Assembly (NCBI GenBank): GCA_963770145.1 | Contig: CAVYOJ010000015.1 | Coordinates: 209,636 to 273,635, forward strand | Source: an uncultured Actinomycetota bacterium | Lineage (GTDB): Bacteria > Actinomycetota > Actinomycetes > Mycobacteriales > CADCTP01 | Length of the DNA: 64,000 nucleotides | Direction of reading: 5' to 3' | Shown: in pieces, positions 44,851 through 55,553 of the stretch | Numbering within the stretch: the stretch's first letter is position 1 | How the letters are laid out: the number at the start of each line of letters is the position of its first letter | The notes under the pieces: model-generated | Told to the model about the DNA's origin: nothing | What the model saw: only the letters and a program-made list of their open reading frames with translations | Database searches by the model: none | Translations under genes and position numbers: made by a program

Positions 44851-45483
44851 ATGCCGTCGCTGCCGCCCGACGAGGAGCTGGTGCGGCAGCTGCGGGCCGG
44901 GGACGAGGCGGCGTTCGGGCTGGTGCTCGACCGCTGGTCGCCGGGGATGCTCCGGCTGGCCCGGTCGTTCGTGTCCACGCCCGACTCGGCGGCCGAGTGC
45001 GTCCAGGACACCTGGCTGGCCGTGCTCGAGGGCCTCGACCGGTTCGAGGGCCGCGCCGCGCTGCGGACCTGGGTCTACCGGATCCTGGTCAACACGGCCA
45101 AGCGGCGCGGGGTGCGGGAGGGCCGGTCGGTGCCGTGGAGCAGCATCGGCCCGGAGGACGGCCCGACCGTCGACCCGGACCGGTTCCGCGCCCCCGGCGA
45201 GCCGTACCCGGGGCACTGGCGGGAGTTCCCGGCGCCCTGGCCGACGCCGGAGGACGCGACGCTCGCAGCCGAGATCCGGTCCGTCGTCGCGGCGGCCGTA
45301 GCCGACCTGCCCGAGCGGCAAAGGGTCGTGCTCACCCTCCGCGACGTGCAGGGGTACGCCTCCGACGAGGTCTGTTCGATACTGGAGATCACCGCGACGT
45401 ACCAGCGGGTGTTGCTGCACCGCGCCCGGGCGTACGTGCGGGGTCGGATCGAGGACTACCACGCGAGGGCGGTGACACCGTGA
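44851..45483 (+). CDS. ECF RNA polymerase sigma factor
   Basis: VQDTWLAVLEGLDRFEGRAALRTWVYRILVN; LPERQRVVLTLRDVQG..QRVLLHRAR. Confidence 0.92.
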   Translation: MPSLPPDEELVRQLRAGDEAAFGLVLDRWSPGMLRLARSFVSTPDSAAECVQDTWLAVLEGLDRFEGRAALRTWVYRILVNTAKRRGVREGRSVPWSSIGPEDGPTVDPDRFRAPGEPYPGHWREFPAPWPTPEDATLAAEIRSVVAAAVADLPERQRVVLTLRDVQGYASDEVCSILEITATYQRVLLHRARAYVRGRIEDYHARAVTP

Positions 45484-45719
45484 CCGAGCCGCTGGACTGC
45501 GACGAGTTCGTCGAGCTCGTCACGGCATACCTGGAGGACGCGCTCGAGCCGGCCGACCGGCAGCGGGTGCTCGATCACCTCGACCTGTGCGACGGCTGCT
45601 CGACGTACCTGGAGCAGATCCGGGCGACGGTCCGGGTAGTGGGCGACCTGCCGGCGCCGGGCGGGCTGCCGGACACGGGCCGGCAACGGTTGCTGGAGGC
45701 GTTCCGCCGCCGGCCGTAA
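45480..45719 (+). CDS. zf-HC2 (ZAS) anti-sigma factor
   Basis: LDCDEFVELVTAYLE..HLDLCDGC; overlaps the sigma stop codon. Confidence 0.9.
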   Translation: MTEPLDCDEFVELVTAYLEDALEPADRQRVLDHLDLCDGCSTYLEQIRATVRVVGDLPAPGGLPDTGRQRLLEAFRRRP

Positions 45720-45750
45720 CGCCAGGGGGTGGTCCCGACACTGACCTGGC

Positions 45751-47043
45751 ATGACGCTGACCCTGCCGATGCGCTCGCCCGACCCGGCCGTCGCCGCGCT
45801 GCGCCGCCGGCTGCGCCCGCTGCACGCGGCGGTGTTCCTGCAGGGCTTCATGCTCTGGGTGTCGGTCGAGAAGCTGTTCATGACCGAGCTGGGTTTCGAC
45901 GCGGCCTCGATCGGCGTGATGGCGGCGGCGTACTCGGCGCTGGTCCCGCTGCTGGAGCTGCCGACCGGGATCCTCGCCGACCGGTGGAGCCGGCGGGGCG
46001 TGCTGATCCTGTCCAGCGTCGCGATCAGCCTCGGCGCGCTGCTCGGCGGGCTCAGCCAGAACGTCACCATGTACGTGATCTCCGCGCTGCTGTTCGGCGT
46101 GTACGTCGCCTGCTACTCCGGCACCCTCGACTCGGTCGTATACGACACGGTGCTCGAGGAGACCGGCGACGGCGGCGACTTCCAGCGGCGCATCGGCCGG
46201 GTCCAGGCGGTCGAGGCCGTCGCGCTGGTGGCCAGCGCGCTGGCCGGCGGCTGGGTGGCCGGGTTGCTGGAGCCGCGGGTGACCTACTTCCTGACCGTCC
46301 CGTTCGCGCTCGCCTCCATCGCCGGGTACGCGCGCTTCCGCGAGCCGCGGCTGCACCGGTCGGCCGAGCCGGTGGCGCTGCGCCGGCACCTCGGGCTGAC
46401 CGTGCGCGCGGTGACCCGGCGCCGGCGGTTGCTGCCGATCGTCACGCTCGGCGTGCTGGCCGCGGTGATCAGCCAGTTGGTGTTCGAGTTCGGTCCACTG
46501 TGGCTGGTCGCGCTGGCCGTGCCGGCCGCCGCGTACGGGCCGTACTGGGCCGGGCTGGTGTCGACGCTCGGCTTCGGCGGGCTGCTCGCCGGCCGGCTGC
46601 GGCTGGACCGGCCGGCCAACGCCTGGGCCGCGGCCGGTGCGATGACCGTGGCCGCGCTGCTGCTGACCGCCGACACCGGCTTCGTCGCGGTCACCGCCGC
46701 GCAGGTCACCCTGGCCCTGCTGACCGGCCTGGCGGCCATCCACGTCAGCGCGGTGCTGCACGACGCGGTGCCGTCGGCGATCCGGTCCGGGGTCGCGTCC
46801 GGCGTGGGCTCGCTGTCCTGGCTGGTGTTCGTGCCGGTGGCGCTGGGCTTCGGCGCGCTGTCCACCGCGCACGGCGTGCAGCGGGCCGGCTGGGTGCTGG
46901 TCGCGCTCGCACTGCTGGCCGGAACGCTGCTGGCGGTCACGGCCCGGTCGGCGCGGTCGGCCCGGAGTCGGCGGAGTCGGCGGAGTCGGCGCAGTCGGCC
47001 GCCGGGTGCGCGGTCGAGCCGGCGCTGGTCTGAGCGACCCTAG
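45751..47043 (+). CDS. MFS transporter
   Basis: ELPTGILADRWSRR motif A, about 12 TM helices. Confidence 0.9.
   Translation: MTLTLPMRSPDPAVAALRRRLRPLHAAVFLQGFMLWVSVEKLFMTELGFDAASIGVMAAAYSALVPLLELPTGILADRWSRRGVLILSSVAISLGALLGGLSQNVTMYVISALLFGVYVACYSGTLDSVVYDTVLEETGDGGDFQRRIGRVQAVEAVALVASALAGGWVAGLLEPRVTYFLTVPFALASIAGYARFREPRLHRSAEPVALRRHLGLTVRAVTRRRRLLPIVTLGVLAAVISQLVFEFGPLWLVALAVPAAAYGPYWAGLVSTLGFGGLLAGRLRLDRPANAWAAAGAMTVAALLLTADTGFVAVTAAQVTLALLTGLAAIHVSAVLHDAVPSAIRSGVASGVGSLSWLVFVPVALGFGALSTAHGVQRAGWVLVALALLAGTLLAVTARSARSARSRRSRRSRRSRPPGARSSRRWSERP
46963..46998. repeat. 9-bp tandem repeat (CGGAGTCGG x4) in the MFS 3' end
   Basis: Three exact copies and one with a single mismatch. Confidence 0.8.
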
Positions 47044-47474
47044 TGCTCGTGCGAGTGGTGCCAGGCGTCCTCGGCGCCGGCCCGCAGGCTCGGCAGGTTG
47101 ACCACGATCGCCTGCTGGGTGGTCCGGGCGATCACCACGACCGCGTCCTCGGTCGGGTTCGGGTTCTCCTCCCGGTGCGGCGCGAACGGCGGCACGTACA
47201 CGTAGTCGCCCGGGTTGGTGCGGACCCGCCGCTCGGTGTCGCCGTCGCCGTCGAGGAAGACGAACTCCGGGTGCCCGGACACCACGTAGATCGCGGTCTC
47301 CGACTCGCCGTGGTGGTGGTCGGCCGAGCGCACCTCGGGCGCGACCGTGGTCCGGCCCATCCAGAGCCGGTCCGAGCCGACCGACGTGCCGGAGATCGCC
47401 TCCTCCCGCAGCATGCCCGGGGTCTGCGCGGTGTCCGCGGACAGCGCGGTGCCGTCGATGTGCCGCAGGGTCAT
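47040..47474 (-). CDS. Cupin domain protein
   Basis: TAQTPGM, HHHGESETAIYV, YVPPFAPHREEN. Confidence 0.9.
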   Translation of the reverse strand: MTLRHIDGTALSADTAQTPGMLREEAISGTSVGSDRLWMGRTTVAPEVRSADHHHGESETAIYVVSGHPEFVFLDGDGDTERRVRTNPGDYVYVPPFAPHREENPNPTEDAVVVIARTTQQAIVVNLPSLRAGAEDAWHHSHEH

Positions 47475-47543
47475 GGGTCCAGCCTGGCATGCCCGCGCCG
47501 GGGTGCGGGCGGCGGCCGCGGCCGGCTGGTCCACACTTCCCCG

Positions 47544-48209
47544 ATGAACATGGCCGCTCCCGCCTCGATGCGGGTCAGCATCAGCACGGTCGTCGGCATC
47601 GTGGCCGGCGTGCTGGTCGGCCTGTCGATGGGCTGGATCTTCGCCGCACCGATCGGATTCGACGTCGCCGCGCTGATCTTCGTGACCTGGACCTGGGCCG
47701 CGGTCCGCCGGATGGATGCCGCGCAGACCGCGTCGCACGCCACCCGCGAGGACCCGACCCGTCGGCTGACCCGGCTGATCGTGCTGGCCGCCTGCGTGGC
47801 CAGCCTGGGCGGGGTCGGCGTCCTGCTGGTCCGGGCGGCCGAGGAGCAGGGCGCGCGGCGGGCGTGGGTGGCCGCGCTCGGCGTCGGCAGCATCGCGGTG
47901 TCGTGGTTCGTCGTACACGGCCTGTTCACGCTGCACTACGCCGAGCTCTACTACAGCGGCGGCGGCGATCCGGAGCAGCCCGGCGCGGGCAAGGCCGGCG
48001 GCATCGACTTCGGCCTGGACACCCCGCCCCGGTACAGCGACTTCGCGTACCTGGCCTTCACCATCGGCATGACGTACCAGCTGTCGGACACGCCGCTCAC
48101 GACGCGGGCCCTGCGCGCGTCGGTGCTGCGGCACGCGCTGCTCTCGTACCTGTTCGGGGCGCTGATCATCGGCGCGAGCGTCAACTTCGTCGTGAGCCTG
48201 GCCAGCTGA
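47544..48209 (+). CDS. DUF1345 family membrane protein
   Basis: FTLHYAELYY, PRYSDFAYLAFTIGMTYQLSDT, VLRHALLSYLFG. Confidence 0.9.
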   Translation: MNMAAPASMRVSISTVVGIVAGVLVGLSMGWIFAAPIGFDVAALIFVTWTWAAVRRMDAAQTASHATREDPTRRLTRLIVLAACVASLGGVGVLLVRAAEEQGARRAWVAALGVGSIAVSWFVVHGLFTLHYAELYYSGGGDPEQPGAGKAGGIDFGLDTPPRYSDFAYLAFTIGMTYQLSDTPLTTRALRASVLRHALLSYLFGALIIGASVNFVVSLAS

Positions 48210-48247
48210 CGGTTCGGGCCGACGGTGCGATGGGTAGGCCGTCCGCC

Positions 48248-48481
48248 GTGACCGACACCAACCGCTACGCCGACAGCTTCCGGATCCTCGACGCCGACGG
48301 GGACGGCAGGGTCTCGGCGACCGAGCTGGTCCAGCTCATGCGCTCGCTCGGCGACGACGTCACCGACGAGGCCGCGGCCAAGGCGGTCGAGCTGATGGAC
48401 GCCGACGGCGACGGCCTGGTCTCCCTCGACGAGTTCGCCCACTACCTCGACTCCCGGAGTGGCGCGCCGACCGACGGCTGA
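48248..48481 (+). CDS. Two-EF-hand calcium-binding protein
   Basis: Canonical loops DADGDGRVSATE and DADGDGLVSLDE. Confidence 0.9.
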   Translation: MTDTNRYADSFRILDADGDGRVSATELVQLMRSLGDDVTDEAAAKAVELMDADGDGLVSLDEFAHYLDSRSGAPTDG

Positions 48482-48502
48482 GCTGGCGGTAACGTCGAAC
48501 GG

Positions 48503-50531
48503 GTGTTCGAGCTGAATGACGAGCAGCGCGGGGCGGTCGAGCACGACGGTGGGCCGCTGCTCGTGCTCGCCGGAGCCGGCACCGGGAAGACGACCACGCT
48601 GACCGCGCGGGTGGGCCGGTTGCTGGAGCGGGGCGTGCCCGCGCACCGGGTGCTGCTGCTGACCTTCACCCGGCGCGCGGCGGCCGAGATGCTCGGCCGG
48701 GCGGCGCAGTCGACCGGCGGTCCGCGGCCCTGGGGCGGCACGTTCCACTCGGTCGCGCACCGGATCGTCGCCGCCAACGCCGCCGCCCTCGGCCTGCCCG
48801 GCGACTTCGCGGTGATCGATCCGGCCGACGCGGCCGACCTGCTCGACCTCGTCCGGGAGGAGCAGGGGCTGGCCCGGGCCGGCCGCCGCACGCCGCGCAA
48901 GGGCCTGCTGCTCGACCTCTACTCCCGGTCGGTGAACACCGGCCGGCCGCTGTCGGAGACCCTCGCCGAGACCGCGCCCTGGGCCGCCGACCTGGTCGAG
49001 CCGGTCGCGGGCGTGATCAAGGCGTACGTGGCCCGCAAGCGGTCCCGGGCCCTGCTCGACTTCGACGACCTGCTGCTCTACTGGCGGGCCGCGGTCCGCG
49101 ACGACCTGCTCGGCCGCCGGCTGGCCGGGCTGTTCGACGCCGTGCTGGTCGACGAATACCAGGACGTCAACCAGCTGCAGGTGGACATCGTCCGCGGGCT
49201 GTGCGCCGGCGACACCGAGCTGACCGCGGTCGGCGACGACGCCCAGGCCGTGTACGGCTTCCGCGGCGCCAGCGCCGGGCACATCCTCGACCTGCCGGCG
49301 CAGTTCCCGGGCACGACGGTGGTCCGGCTGGTCCGCAACTACCGCTCCACCCAGCCGATCCTCGACCTGGCCAACGCGGCCTGGGCCGGCGCCGCGGTCC
49401 GGTACGCGAAGGACCTGGTCGCGGTCCGCGCCGGCGGCGTCCGCCCGGAGCTGGTCGACTGCGCGGACGAGGCGACCCAGGCGGAGGAGGTCTGCGCCCG
49501 GGTGCTCGCCGCCCGGGAGCGCGGCAGCAGGCTGCGCGACCAGGCCGTGCTGTTCCGGGCCGGACGCGGCAGCGACCTGCTCGAGCTGGAGCTGACCCGC
49601 CGCCGCATCCCGTACGTCAAGTACGGCGGGCTGCGCTACCTGGAGGCGGCGCACGTCAAGGACCTGCTCGCGCTCTACCGGCTGGCCGACAACCCGCGGG
49701 ACGAGACCGCCTGGTTCCGGTTGCTGCAGCTGCTCGACGGCGTCGGCCCGGCCACCGCCCGCCGGGTCGTCGACTCGCTCGATCTCGACCGGGACGGCGT
49801 GCTCGACCGGTGGGACGGCGCCGTTCTGCCCGAGTGCGCGCGGGCCGATGCCGACCGGCTGGTCGCGGCGCCCTGCGGGACACCGGCCCGCAGCGGGACC
49901 CGGCCGCCGGTGCCGATCAGCCGGCGCCGCCGGCGCGGAGCGGGCCGAGACGTTGCGGCTCGCGCTGGTGCCGGTGGTCCAGGGGGCCTACCCGGACGCC
50001 GCGGCGAGGCTGGCCGACCTGGAGCGGCTGTCCGCGGCCGCCGCCGAGCACGGCGACCTGCGGACGTTCGTGGTCGAGCTCGCCCTCGACCCGCCGCGGT
50101 CGACCGGCGCCGACGCGGTGCCGCCGAGCGTCGACGAGGACTGGCTGGTGCTGTCCACGGTGCACTCGGCCAAGGGCCTGGAGTGGGACGCGGTGCACCT
50201 GCTGCACGTCACCGAGGGCAGCTTCCCGTCCGACCTGGGAGTGTCCACACCGGACGGTCTGGACGAGGAGCGGCGGCTGTTCCACGTCGCGCTGACCCGG
50301 GCCCGGGACACCCTGCACCTGTACGCGCCGCTGCGCTACCACCACCACCCGCGGGCCCGGGACGACCGGCACTCGTTCGCCCAGCGCAGCCGCTTCCTCG
50401 ACGAGGCCGCGCTGGCCTGCTGCGAGCGGGTCGGCACCGAGCCGGAGACCGGGGTGGTCCCGGCGCTCGGCGGCACCGCGACCGCGCCGGCCCGGACGGT
50501 CGCGGCCGAGCTCGACGCCCTCTGGGTCTAG
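48503..50531 (+). CDS. UvrD/REP family ATP-dependent helicase (frameshift(s) near 49870-49930)
   Basis: AGAGTGKT, TFHS, VDEYQD, VGDDAQAVYGFRGA, NYRS, TVHSAKGLEW, EERRLFHVALTRA. Confidence 0.9.
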
Positions 50532-51656
50532 TCGGGAGGCGGCGGCACGTCCAGCTCGAACCAGACCGTCTTCCCGAGGCCGCGCCCGTCCGGCTCGACG
50601 CCCCACCGGTCGGCCATCGCCTCGACCAGGTGCAGCCCGCGGCCGGAGGTGTCCCGGCTGCCGACCTGGACCAGCTGCGGCCGCCGGTGGCTGGAGTCGG
50701 CCACCCCGACCCGTATCCGGCCGGCGGCCAGTCGCACGGTGAGCGCCAGCTCCTCCCGGGTCTGCCGGATCGCGTTGGACACCAGCTCGGTGGTCAGCAG
50801 CGCCGCCGTGTCGAGCGTGTCCTCGTCGACGAGGTCCCGCAGCAGGTCGGTGACCAGCCAGCGGGCGACGCTCGCGCTCTCCGCGGTCGCCGGCAGCGTC
50901 CGCCGCAGCGTCGGGCCGGCCGCGGCCCGGTCACCGACGAGCTGCCCGACCAGCAGCACGGTGTCGTCCGGTGCCGGCGCGTGCACCAGCCCGGTCAGCG
51001 TGTCGGCCAGCTCGTCCGGGCTGCCGACCGGGCCGCCGCGGACGGCGTCGAGCACCCGGCGCAGCCCGGCCTCGGTGCCGAGCTGGCCGCCGTCGCGCAG
51101 CAGCCCGTCGGTGAACAGCGCCAGCACGCTGCCCGGCGACGACCTGCGTGGTTGCCTCCCGCCAGAGCTCGCCGGCGCGGACCCCGAGCGGTGGGCCGGT
51201 CGCGCCGTCGAGCAGGCACGGATCCTGGTCCGGCGCGGTGAGCAGCGGCGGCACGTGCCCGGCGCGGACCACCGTGATGATCCGCTCGATCGGGTGCACC
51301 AGCGCGTAGGCCACGGTGGCCAGCCGGCCCGTGTCGAGCCCGAGGTGGAACTCGTTGGCCCGGGTGACCACCGCCGTCGGCGAGTAGCCCTCCAGCGTGT
51401 ACGCCCGGACCGCGCCGCGCAGCTGGGCGGTCAACGCAGCGGCCGCGAGGTCGGCCCCGGCGACGTCGCCCACCACGAGTGCCACGACACCCCCGTCCAT
51501 CGGCACCACGTCGTACCAGTCGCCGCCGATCCGGTCCGGCTCCCCGGCCGGGAGGTAGCGCGCGGTCAGCGGCAGCCCCTCGACCTCGGGCAGCCGCGCC
51601 GGGAGCAGGGCACGCTGGAGCTGGAGCTGCACAGGTTGGGCGTCCAGCTCATCCAC
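50528..51656 (-). CDS. SpoIIE/PP2C phosphatase fused to HATPase_c (anti-sigma kinase-like) domain; frameshift near 51130
   Basis: IGGDWYDV, VGDVAG, AGHVPP, FTDGL, DDTVLL, ELVSNA, GRGLHLV, GKTVWFEL. Confidence 0.85.
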
Positions 51657-51711
51657 CTTCCTGTTCTGGCCCGTGCGGAGGCCGGCAAAACCCGGGTGGC
51701 AGGATCGGCTC

Positions 51712-52867
51712 GTGTCGGACGTGCTGCGCAGGTCACTGCGGGAGTTCGGGACCTCGATCTTCTCCACCGTGACCGAGTGGGCGATCGAGGCCAACGCGAT
51801 CAACCTGTCCCAGGGCTTCCCCGACTTCGAGCCGCCGGCGGAGCTCGTCGCGGCGGCCGAGGAGGCGATGCACCAGGGCCTGCACCAGTACGCGCCGAGC
51901 GTCGGTGACCCGGTGCTGCGCCAGGCCGTCGCCGCCCACCAGCTCGACCGGTACGGCCTGGACTGGGACCCGGTCACCGACGTCACCGTGACCACCGGCG
52001 CCAGCGAGGCGATCACCGCGTCGCTGCTCGCGCTGCTGGAGCCGGGCGACGAGGTGGTGCTGGTCGAGCCCTGCTACGACCTCTACCCGTACGCGGTGGT
52101 GGCCGCCGGCGGGGTGCCGGTCTACGTGCCGACCGCGTTCCCGGACTTCCGGCTCGACCTGGACCGGCTCGCCGCCGCGGTGACCGACCGGACCAGGGTG
52201 ATCGTGGTCAACACCCCGACCAACCCGACCGGGCAGCTGCTGTCGGCCGAGGAGATCAGCGCGCTCGGCGAGCTGGCCGCCCGGCACGACGCCTACCTGA
52301 TCTCGGACGAGGTGTACGAGCACCTCGTCTACGACGGCATCGAGCACCTGCCGGTCGCGTCCGACCCGGTGGCCCGGGAGCGCACGATCACCGTCTCCTC
52401 GGTGTCGAAGACGTTCAGCGCGACCGGCTGGCGGATCGGCTGGGCGGTGGCGCCGCAGGCGCTGTCGGCGGCGGTCCGCTCGGCCCACCAGTTCGTCACG
52501 TTCAACGCGACCACGCCGCTGCAGCGGGCGACCGCGGTGATGCTCGACGTCGCGGCGGCCGGCGACTACTACCGCACGCTGGTGGACCAGTACACCGAGC
52601 GGCGGGACATCCTGCTGGCGGCGCTGGCCGAGCTCGACCTGGAGATCGGCCGGCCGCGTGGGACGTACTTCGTGATGACCCGGTGTGCCGGCGACGACAC
52701 CGCGTACGTCAAGGACCTCATCGCCTCCCGCGGGGTGGCCGCGATCCCCGGCTCGGCCTTCTACTACGACGGCCGGACCGGCCCCGGGCCGCGGCCTGGT
52801 TCGGTTCGCGTTCTGCAAGCGGACGGACACGCTGCGAACTGCAGCGCGACGGCTGCACGTCACCTAA
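51712..52867 (+). CDS. Class I/II PLP aminotransferase (YbdL/DapC-like); frameshift near 52785
   Basis: INLSQGFPDF, NTPTNPTG, SDEVYEHL, SKTFSATGWRIGW, VRFAFCK. Confidence 0.9.
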
Positions 52868-52968
52868 AGTATTCTTTGCACTGCTGGGAACGGGGAGTTC
52901 CATCCGGCCGTTGAGCTGATCGACGGGCCGGTTCGGGATCGTCAGACGCGCACGAGGAGTCAAGGCAG

Positions 52969-53763
52969 ATGGCGCAGAGCAGCAACCCCGCCCTTGGCCG
53001 AGCATTTGGGCAGGGTCAGCAGCACGCGAGCTGGAACACGGCGCCCGCTCCCTCGGCCGGCGACCTGGACGACATGTACAACCGCCCGGCGTACGCGCCG
53101 CCGGCGCGCTTCATGACGCTCGACGACGTGGTGCTGCGCACCGCCGCCACGCTCGGCGTGGTCGTCGTCGTCGGCGCCGTCGCCTGGATCGCCAACCTGC
53201 AGGGCCTGGCGATCATCGGCGCGCTGGTCGGCTTCGTGCTGGCGCTGGTCATCGCGTTCAAGCAGAGCACCAACCCCGCGCTGATCCTGACCTACGCGGC
53301 GGCCGAGGGCCTGTTCCTCGGCGCGATCAGCCGGGTCTTCAACGACGCGTTCGGCGGCGGGATCGTCATCCAGGCGGTGGTCGGCACGGCCGGTGTGTTC
53401 GCCGGGATGCTGGTGGTCTACAAGACCGGCGCGATCCGGGTGACGCCGAAGTTCACCCGCTGGCTGCTCGGCGCGCTGATCGGCGTCGTGGCGCTGTCGC
53501 TGGTCAACCTGATCGCCTCGCTGTTCACGCCCGGCGGGCTCGGCCTGCGCGACTCGTCCAACCCGGCGCTGGCGATCGGCTTCAGCCTGCTGTGCATCGG
53601 CGTCGCCGCGTTCACGTTCCTGCTCGACTTCGACATGATCGACAAGGGCATCCGGCAAGGCGCCCCGGAGCGCTTCGCCTGGTACGCGGCCTTCGGCCTC
53701 ACGGTCACGCTGGTCTGGCTCTACCTGGAGATCCTCCGGCTGCTGAGCTACTTCCGCGACTAG
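52969..53763 (+). CDS. Bax inhibitor-1/YccA family membrane protein
   Basis: SSNPAL, MTLDDVV, LLDFDMI, VTLVWLYLEILRLL. Confidence 0.92.
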   Translation: MAQSSNPALGRAFGQGQQHASWNTAPAPSAGDLDDMYNRPAYAPPARFMTLDDVVLRTAATLGVVVVVGAVAWIANLQGLAIIGALVGFVLALVIAFKQSTNPALILTYAAAEGLFLGAISRVFNDAFGGGIVIQAVVGTAGVFAGMLVVYKTGAIRVTPKFTRWLLGALIGVVALSLVNLIASLFTPGGLGLRDSSNPALAIGFSLLCIGVAAFTFLLDFDMIDKGIRQGAPERFAWYAAFGLTVTLVWLYLEILRLLSYFRD

Positions 53764-53771
53764 CGGGGTAA

Positions 53772-53820
53772 GCCCGCGCGGACCCCACCCCTGACCCCGG
53801 TGGGGTGCGCGGGCGTTTGT
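53772..53820 (+). terminator. Hairpin terminator after the YccA gene
   Basis: GCCCGCGC..ACCCCACC / GGTGGGGT GCGCGGGC followed by GTTTGT. Confidence 0.6.
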
Positions 53821-53833
53821 ACGGTCCGTACCG

Positions 53834-54308
53834 ATGGATCCCGACCACTCCGACGCCGCGTCGCTGGCCCGCGAGCTGCTGCCGCGGCTGCGCCGCTGGG
53901 ACTCGGCCAGCTGGTCGGTCCCCGCCGAGCTGCCACCCACCGGGGGCAGCCCCGCGCCCGACCCGGCCGCGCCGGCGCGACCCGGCCGGCCGGCGCGACC
54001 CCGCCGGCCGGCGTCACTCGGCCGGTCGGCGTCACTGGGTCGGCCGGCCCGCGGCGGGGCAGGCGCGGGCCACCGGGGGTGGACCGACGCGGGCGGAGGT
54101 GGCGGCGGCGACGGTGCAGCGGCTGGCCGATGCGGCGGCGGACGCGGAGGGGCAGCCGCGCCGGCCGGTCCCGCTGCTGGCCGACGTGAACCTGGCCGAC
54201 CAGCTCACGGTCATGGTCGACGACATCCTGCGCACCGGTGACCCGACCGCGCTGCGGACCGCGGCGACCGAGCTGGCGGCGCTGCGGGCGGCGCTCGGCT
54301 ACCGCTAG
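53834..54308 (+). CDS. Hypothetical protein with internal 18-bp tandem repeat and a frameshift
   Basis: N-part RLRRWDSASWS in one frame, C-part VQRLADAAADAEG..LADQLTVMVDD in another. Confidence 0.6.
53971..54042. repeat. 18-bp tandem repeat x4 (progressively diverging)
   Basis: GCCGGCGCGACCCGGCCG / GCCGGCGCGACCCCGCCG / GCCGGCGTCACTCGGCCG / GTCGGCGTCACTGGGTCG. Confidence 0.8.
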
Positions 54309-55522
54309 CTCAGCCGCTCCAGGACCATCGCCATGCCCTGGCCACCGCCGACGCACATGGTCTCCAGGCCGAGCGTCTTGTCGTGCCACTGCAGCGAGTT
54401 CACCAGCGTGGTGGCGATCCGGGCGCCGGTCATGCCGAACGGGTGGCCGACCGCGATCGCCCCGCCGTTGACGTTGAGCCGGTCGAGGTCGATGCCCAGG
54501 TCCTGGTACGACGGGATCACCTGGGCGGCGAACGCCTCGTTGATCTCGACCAGGTCGACGTCCCCGATGGACAGGCCGGCCCGGGCGAGCGCCTGGTTCG
54601 ACGCACCGACCGGGCCGAGGCCCATGATCTCGGGCGAGAGCGCCGACACCCCGGTGGACACGATCCGGGCCAGCGGCGTGATGCCGAGCTCGCGGGCCCG
54701 CTCGTCGGACATCACCACGACCGCCGCGGCGCCGTCGTTGAGCGGGCAGCAGTTGCCGGCGGTGATCCGGCCGTCCGGGCGGAACACCGGCTTGAGCCCG
54801 GCCACGCCCGCCAGCGTCACGCCCGCCCGCGGGCCGTCGTCCTTGCTGATCACGGTGCCGTCCGGGGCGGTGACCGGGGTGATCTCGCGCTGCCAGAAGC
54901 CGTCCGCGATCGCCTTCTCGGCCAGGTTCTGCGAGCGGACGCCGAACTCGTCCATCTGCTCGCGGGTGATCCCCTTGGCCTGGGCGAGGTTCTCCGCGGT
55001 CTGGCCCATCGCCAGGTAGATGTCCGGGACCGCGCCGTCGGCGCGCGGGTCGTGCCACTCCACCCCGCCCTGGGCCGCCTTCAGCGACCGCTCCTCGGCG
55101 CCGGCGAAGACCGGGTTGCGGGTGTCCGGCCAGGCGTCGGAGTTGCCCTTCGCGTACCGGCTGACGGTCTCGACGCCGGCGGCGACGAACGCGTGCCCCT
55201 CGCCGGCCTTGATCGCGTGGAACGCCATCCGGATCGTCTGCAGCGAGGACGCGCAGTAGCGGGTGACGGTCGTGCCGGGCAGCTCGTCGTGGCCGAGCAG
55301 GATCGCGACCACCCGGGCCATGTTGAAGCCCTGCTCGCCGCCGGGCAGCCCGCAGCCGAGCATCAGGTCGTCCAACGTGGACGGATCCAGCTGCGGGACC
55401 TTGTCCAGCGCGGCCTGCACGATGGTGGCGGCCAGGTCGTCCGGGCGGAAGCCGGTCATGGTGCCCTTGGCGGCGCGGCCGATCGGGGAACGGGCGGTGG
55501 CGACGATGACGGCCTCGGGCAC
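54305..55522 (-). CDS. Acetyl-CoA C-acetyltransferase (thiolase)
   Basis: RSPIG, RYCASS, NEAFAAQ, GGAIAVGHPFG, CVGGGQG. Confidence 0.95.
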   Translation of the reverse strand: MPEAVIVATARSPIGRAAKGTMTGFRPDDLAATIVQAALDKVPQLDPSTLDDLMLGCGLPGGEQGFNMARVVAILLGHDELPGTTVTRYCASSLQTIRMAFHAIKAGEGHAFVAAGVETVSRYAKGNSDAWPDTRNPVFAGAEERSLKAAQGGVEWHDPRADGAVPDIYLAMGQTAENLAQAKGITREQMDEFGVRSQNLAEKAIADGFWQREITPVTAPDGTVISKDDGPRAGVTLAGVAGLKPVFRPDGRITAGNCCPLNDGAAAVVVMSDERARELGITPLARIVSTGVSALSPEIMGLGPVGASNQALARAGLSIGDVDLVEINEAFAAQVIPSYQDLGIDLDRLNVNGGAIAVGHPFGMTGARIATTLVNSLQWHDKTLGLETMCVGGGQGMAMVLERLS

Positions 55523-55553
55523 GGCGGACTCCCTCGTCAGACGGGCCTTCTTG

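Noticed and set aside
28538-52900. Prophage, ICE or defence island
   Set aside because: No integrase, phage structural, conjugation, nuclease or restriction-modification motifs recognised; the UvrD-like helicase has no nuclease partner
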